From Podospora anserina (lineage: Eukaryota): a stretch of 64,000 nucleotides of DNA. Every line of letters begins with the position of its first letter. Positions within the stretch are counted from its first letter, which is position 1. The stretch spans positions 1,674,001 to 1,738,000 of the forward strand of contig CM030334.1 of the NCBI GenBank assembly GCA_017654855.1, written 5' to 3'. The translations under genes were made by a program, and so were the position numbers. The notes under the pieces are model-generated. The model saw only the letters and a list, made by a program, of their open reading frames with translations, searched no databases and was not told the DNA's origin. Of this stretch, positions 62,790 to 64,000 are shown in pieces.

Positions 62790-64000
62790 AGACTGGTCGC
62801 AGCGGTGATGGATGGAGAGGGGATGGATGGGGGTTTGGGTGAGGATGAGGGGGGTGGGAAGAAGAAGGTTAGAAGAGGCAAAAGGAAAGTCGGGGGGGGT
62901 ACATACGTAATGTTTTTCTTGTTTGGGTTTTGTCTCGAGCGTTGGAGGTTGTTTGATATTGTTTGAGATGGTGAGGTGCTTTTTAGTACCCTGAGCGAGA
63001 AGCTTCTTCTTTGATATATGGTTTAGTTCCTGTTTGGTTTCTTTTGGGCGTTGGGTTTGCAAGGGGTGAGGAATTTGCGGTGTTGATTTTCTTAGCGGGA
63101 TGCCAGACGAGCTACCAGTAGCCTTTGGGGTGAGATACCTTAGTTAGGTAGATTTCTCGTTTGGGGGCTTGTGGGATTAGTGTCGAGAATACTGATTTTA
63201 TAATTATCATGATTTTTCTTATCTGCTATGTGATGATGTGTTTTGTTTGGGGAAGGAAAGTTATGGGGAGCATCTTAACTTGAAAATAAATGGCATTGTA
63301 AAAGTAAGGTAATGTGTGTGTATTAGATCATGAACTGTGCCTCAAATGAAAACCAACAGGTCTGTTCGCTCTACCTTTCAAGTCCTATTCTTGTTTCAAA
63401 AGGATACAAGTTAACAATAATCATATGTTATATTGACCTGTGATGCCGGTTATTTTGTTGGAAGCGTGCCCGGTGGAAGTCACGCATGCAATTTTGAGGA
63501 CATAAAAACCATTGCGGTGTTTGAAGTTTTGTAATTTTCTACTTCCCCTCTCTTCTCGCCCTCGAATCTCCAACCAAGAAAAAAAAATAGGTATCACAAC
63601 TCTGTCGCCCTCTAGGCGCTATGAGGAATAGAATTAGAACACAAAGTAAAACAAACCCAAAAAGAATAAAAAAATTCCAAATGCTTGCTTGCTTTGCCCG
63701 GTGGTGGTGGGCTGGTTTCGCCAACCCCTTTCCAAAACCCAAATCCAGTCCCAGTAGAATCGAATATTTACACAAATGAAATCTCTTTCCCCCTCCAACT
63801 CGCTGAAATGGTCGTCATTGTTGTCGTTGTGTGGTAGTGTGCTCTAAACCGCCCTGTCCCAGACAGGCAGCGGTGTTCATCCTTCAAAAGGACCAAAAGA
63901 TTGTCAAGAATTGAAAGATATATCCCCTCTAAATGAATGTACGAGTTGGTCCCTGCCTTTTGTTCCCCTAAGGATCAACAACCTCCACCAACTCACTCCT

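Overview
Gene-dense, intron-containing eukaryotic DNA from a filamentous ascomycete. Short GT-AG introns with CTRAC branch sites, the gene repertoire and the strong C-rich-5'/G-rich-3' gene skew suggest Sordariales, possibly Podospora (inference). About 23 protein-coding genes can be reconstructed by hand-splicing. Recognisable genes: CTP synthase, TFIIF large subunit, BUD13, PRS1, deoxyhypusine hydroxylase, RPA12, SCC2/NIPBL, COA2-like, PP4 catalytic subunit, complex I NUUM-like subunit, mitoribosomal mL44, septin CDC3, anoctamin/IST2 and a KapC-like bZIP. Family-level or unknown genes: a homeobox/C2H2 transcription factor, a C2H2 orphan, an XPG/asteroid-like nuclease, a small bZIP, a RING-variant protein, a cPLA2/lysophospholipase, a pterin-carbinolamine dehydratase, a hydrophobin-like secreted protein and one hypothetical protein. 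There are two tRNA genes (Val-AAC, intron-containing Ile-AAT) and several microsatellites. No intact transposon, CRISPR array or biosynthetic cluster is visible. The most interesting observations: a TF combining Zn2Cys6-like, TALE homeodomain, C2H2 and a 5x repeated C-terminal module; an atypical hydrophobin hidden by introns; a candidate structured ncRNA at about 51.8-52.1 kb; a coding-like alternative first exon inside septin intron 1; a GC-AG intron in PP4; micro-exons; and a degenerate ~21-bp repeat family present at two loci. All family assignments come from motif recognition, not database searches.
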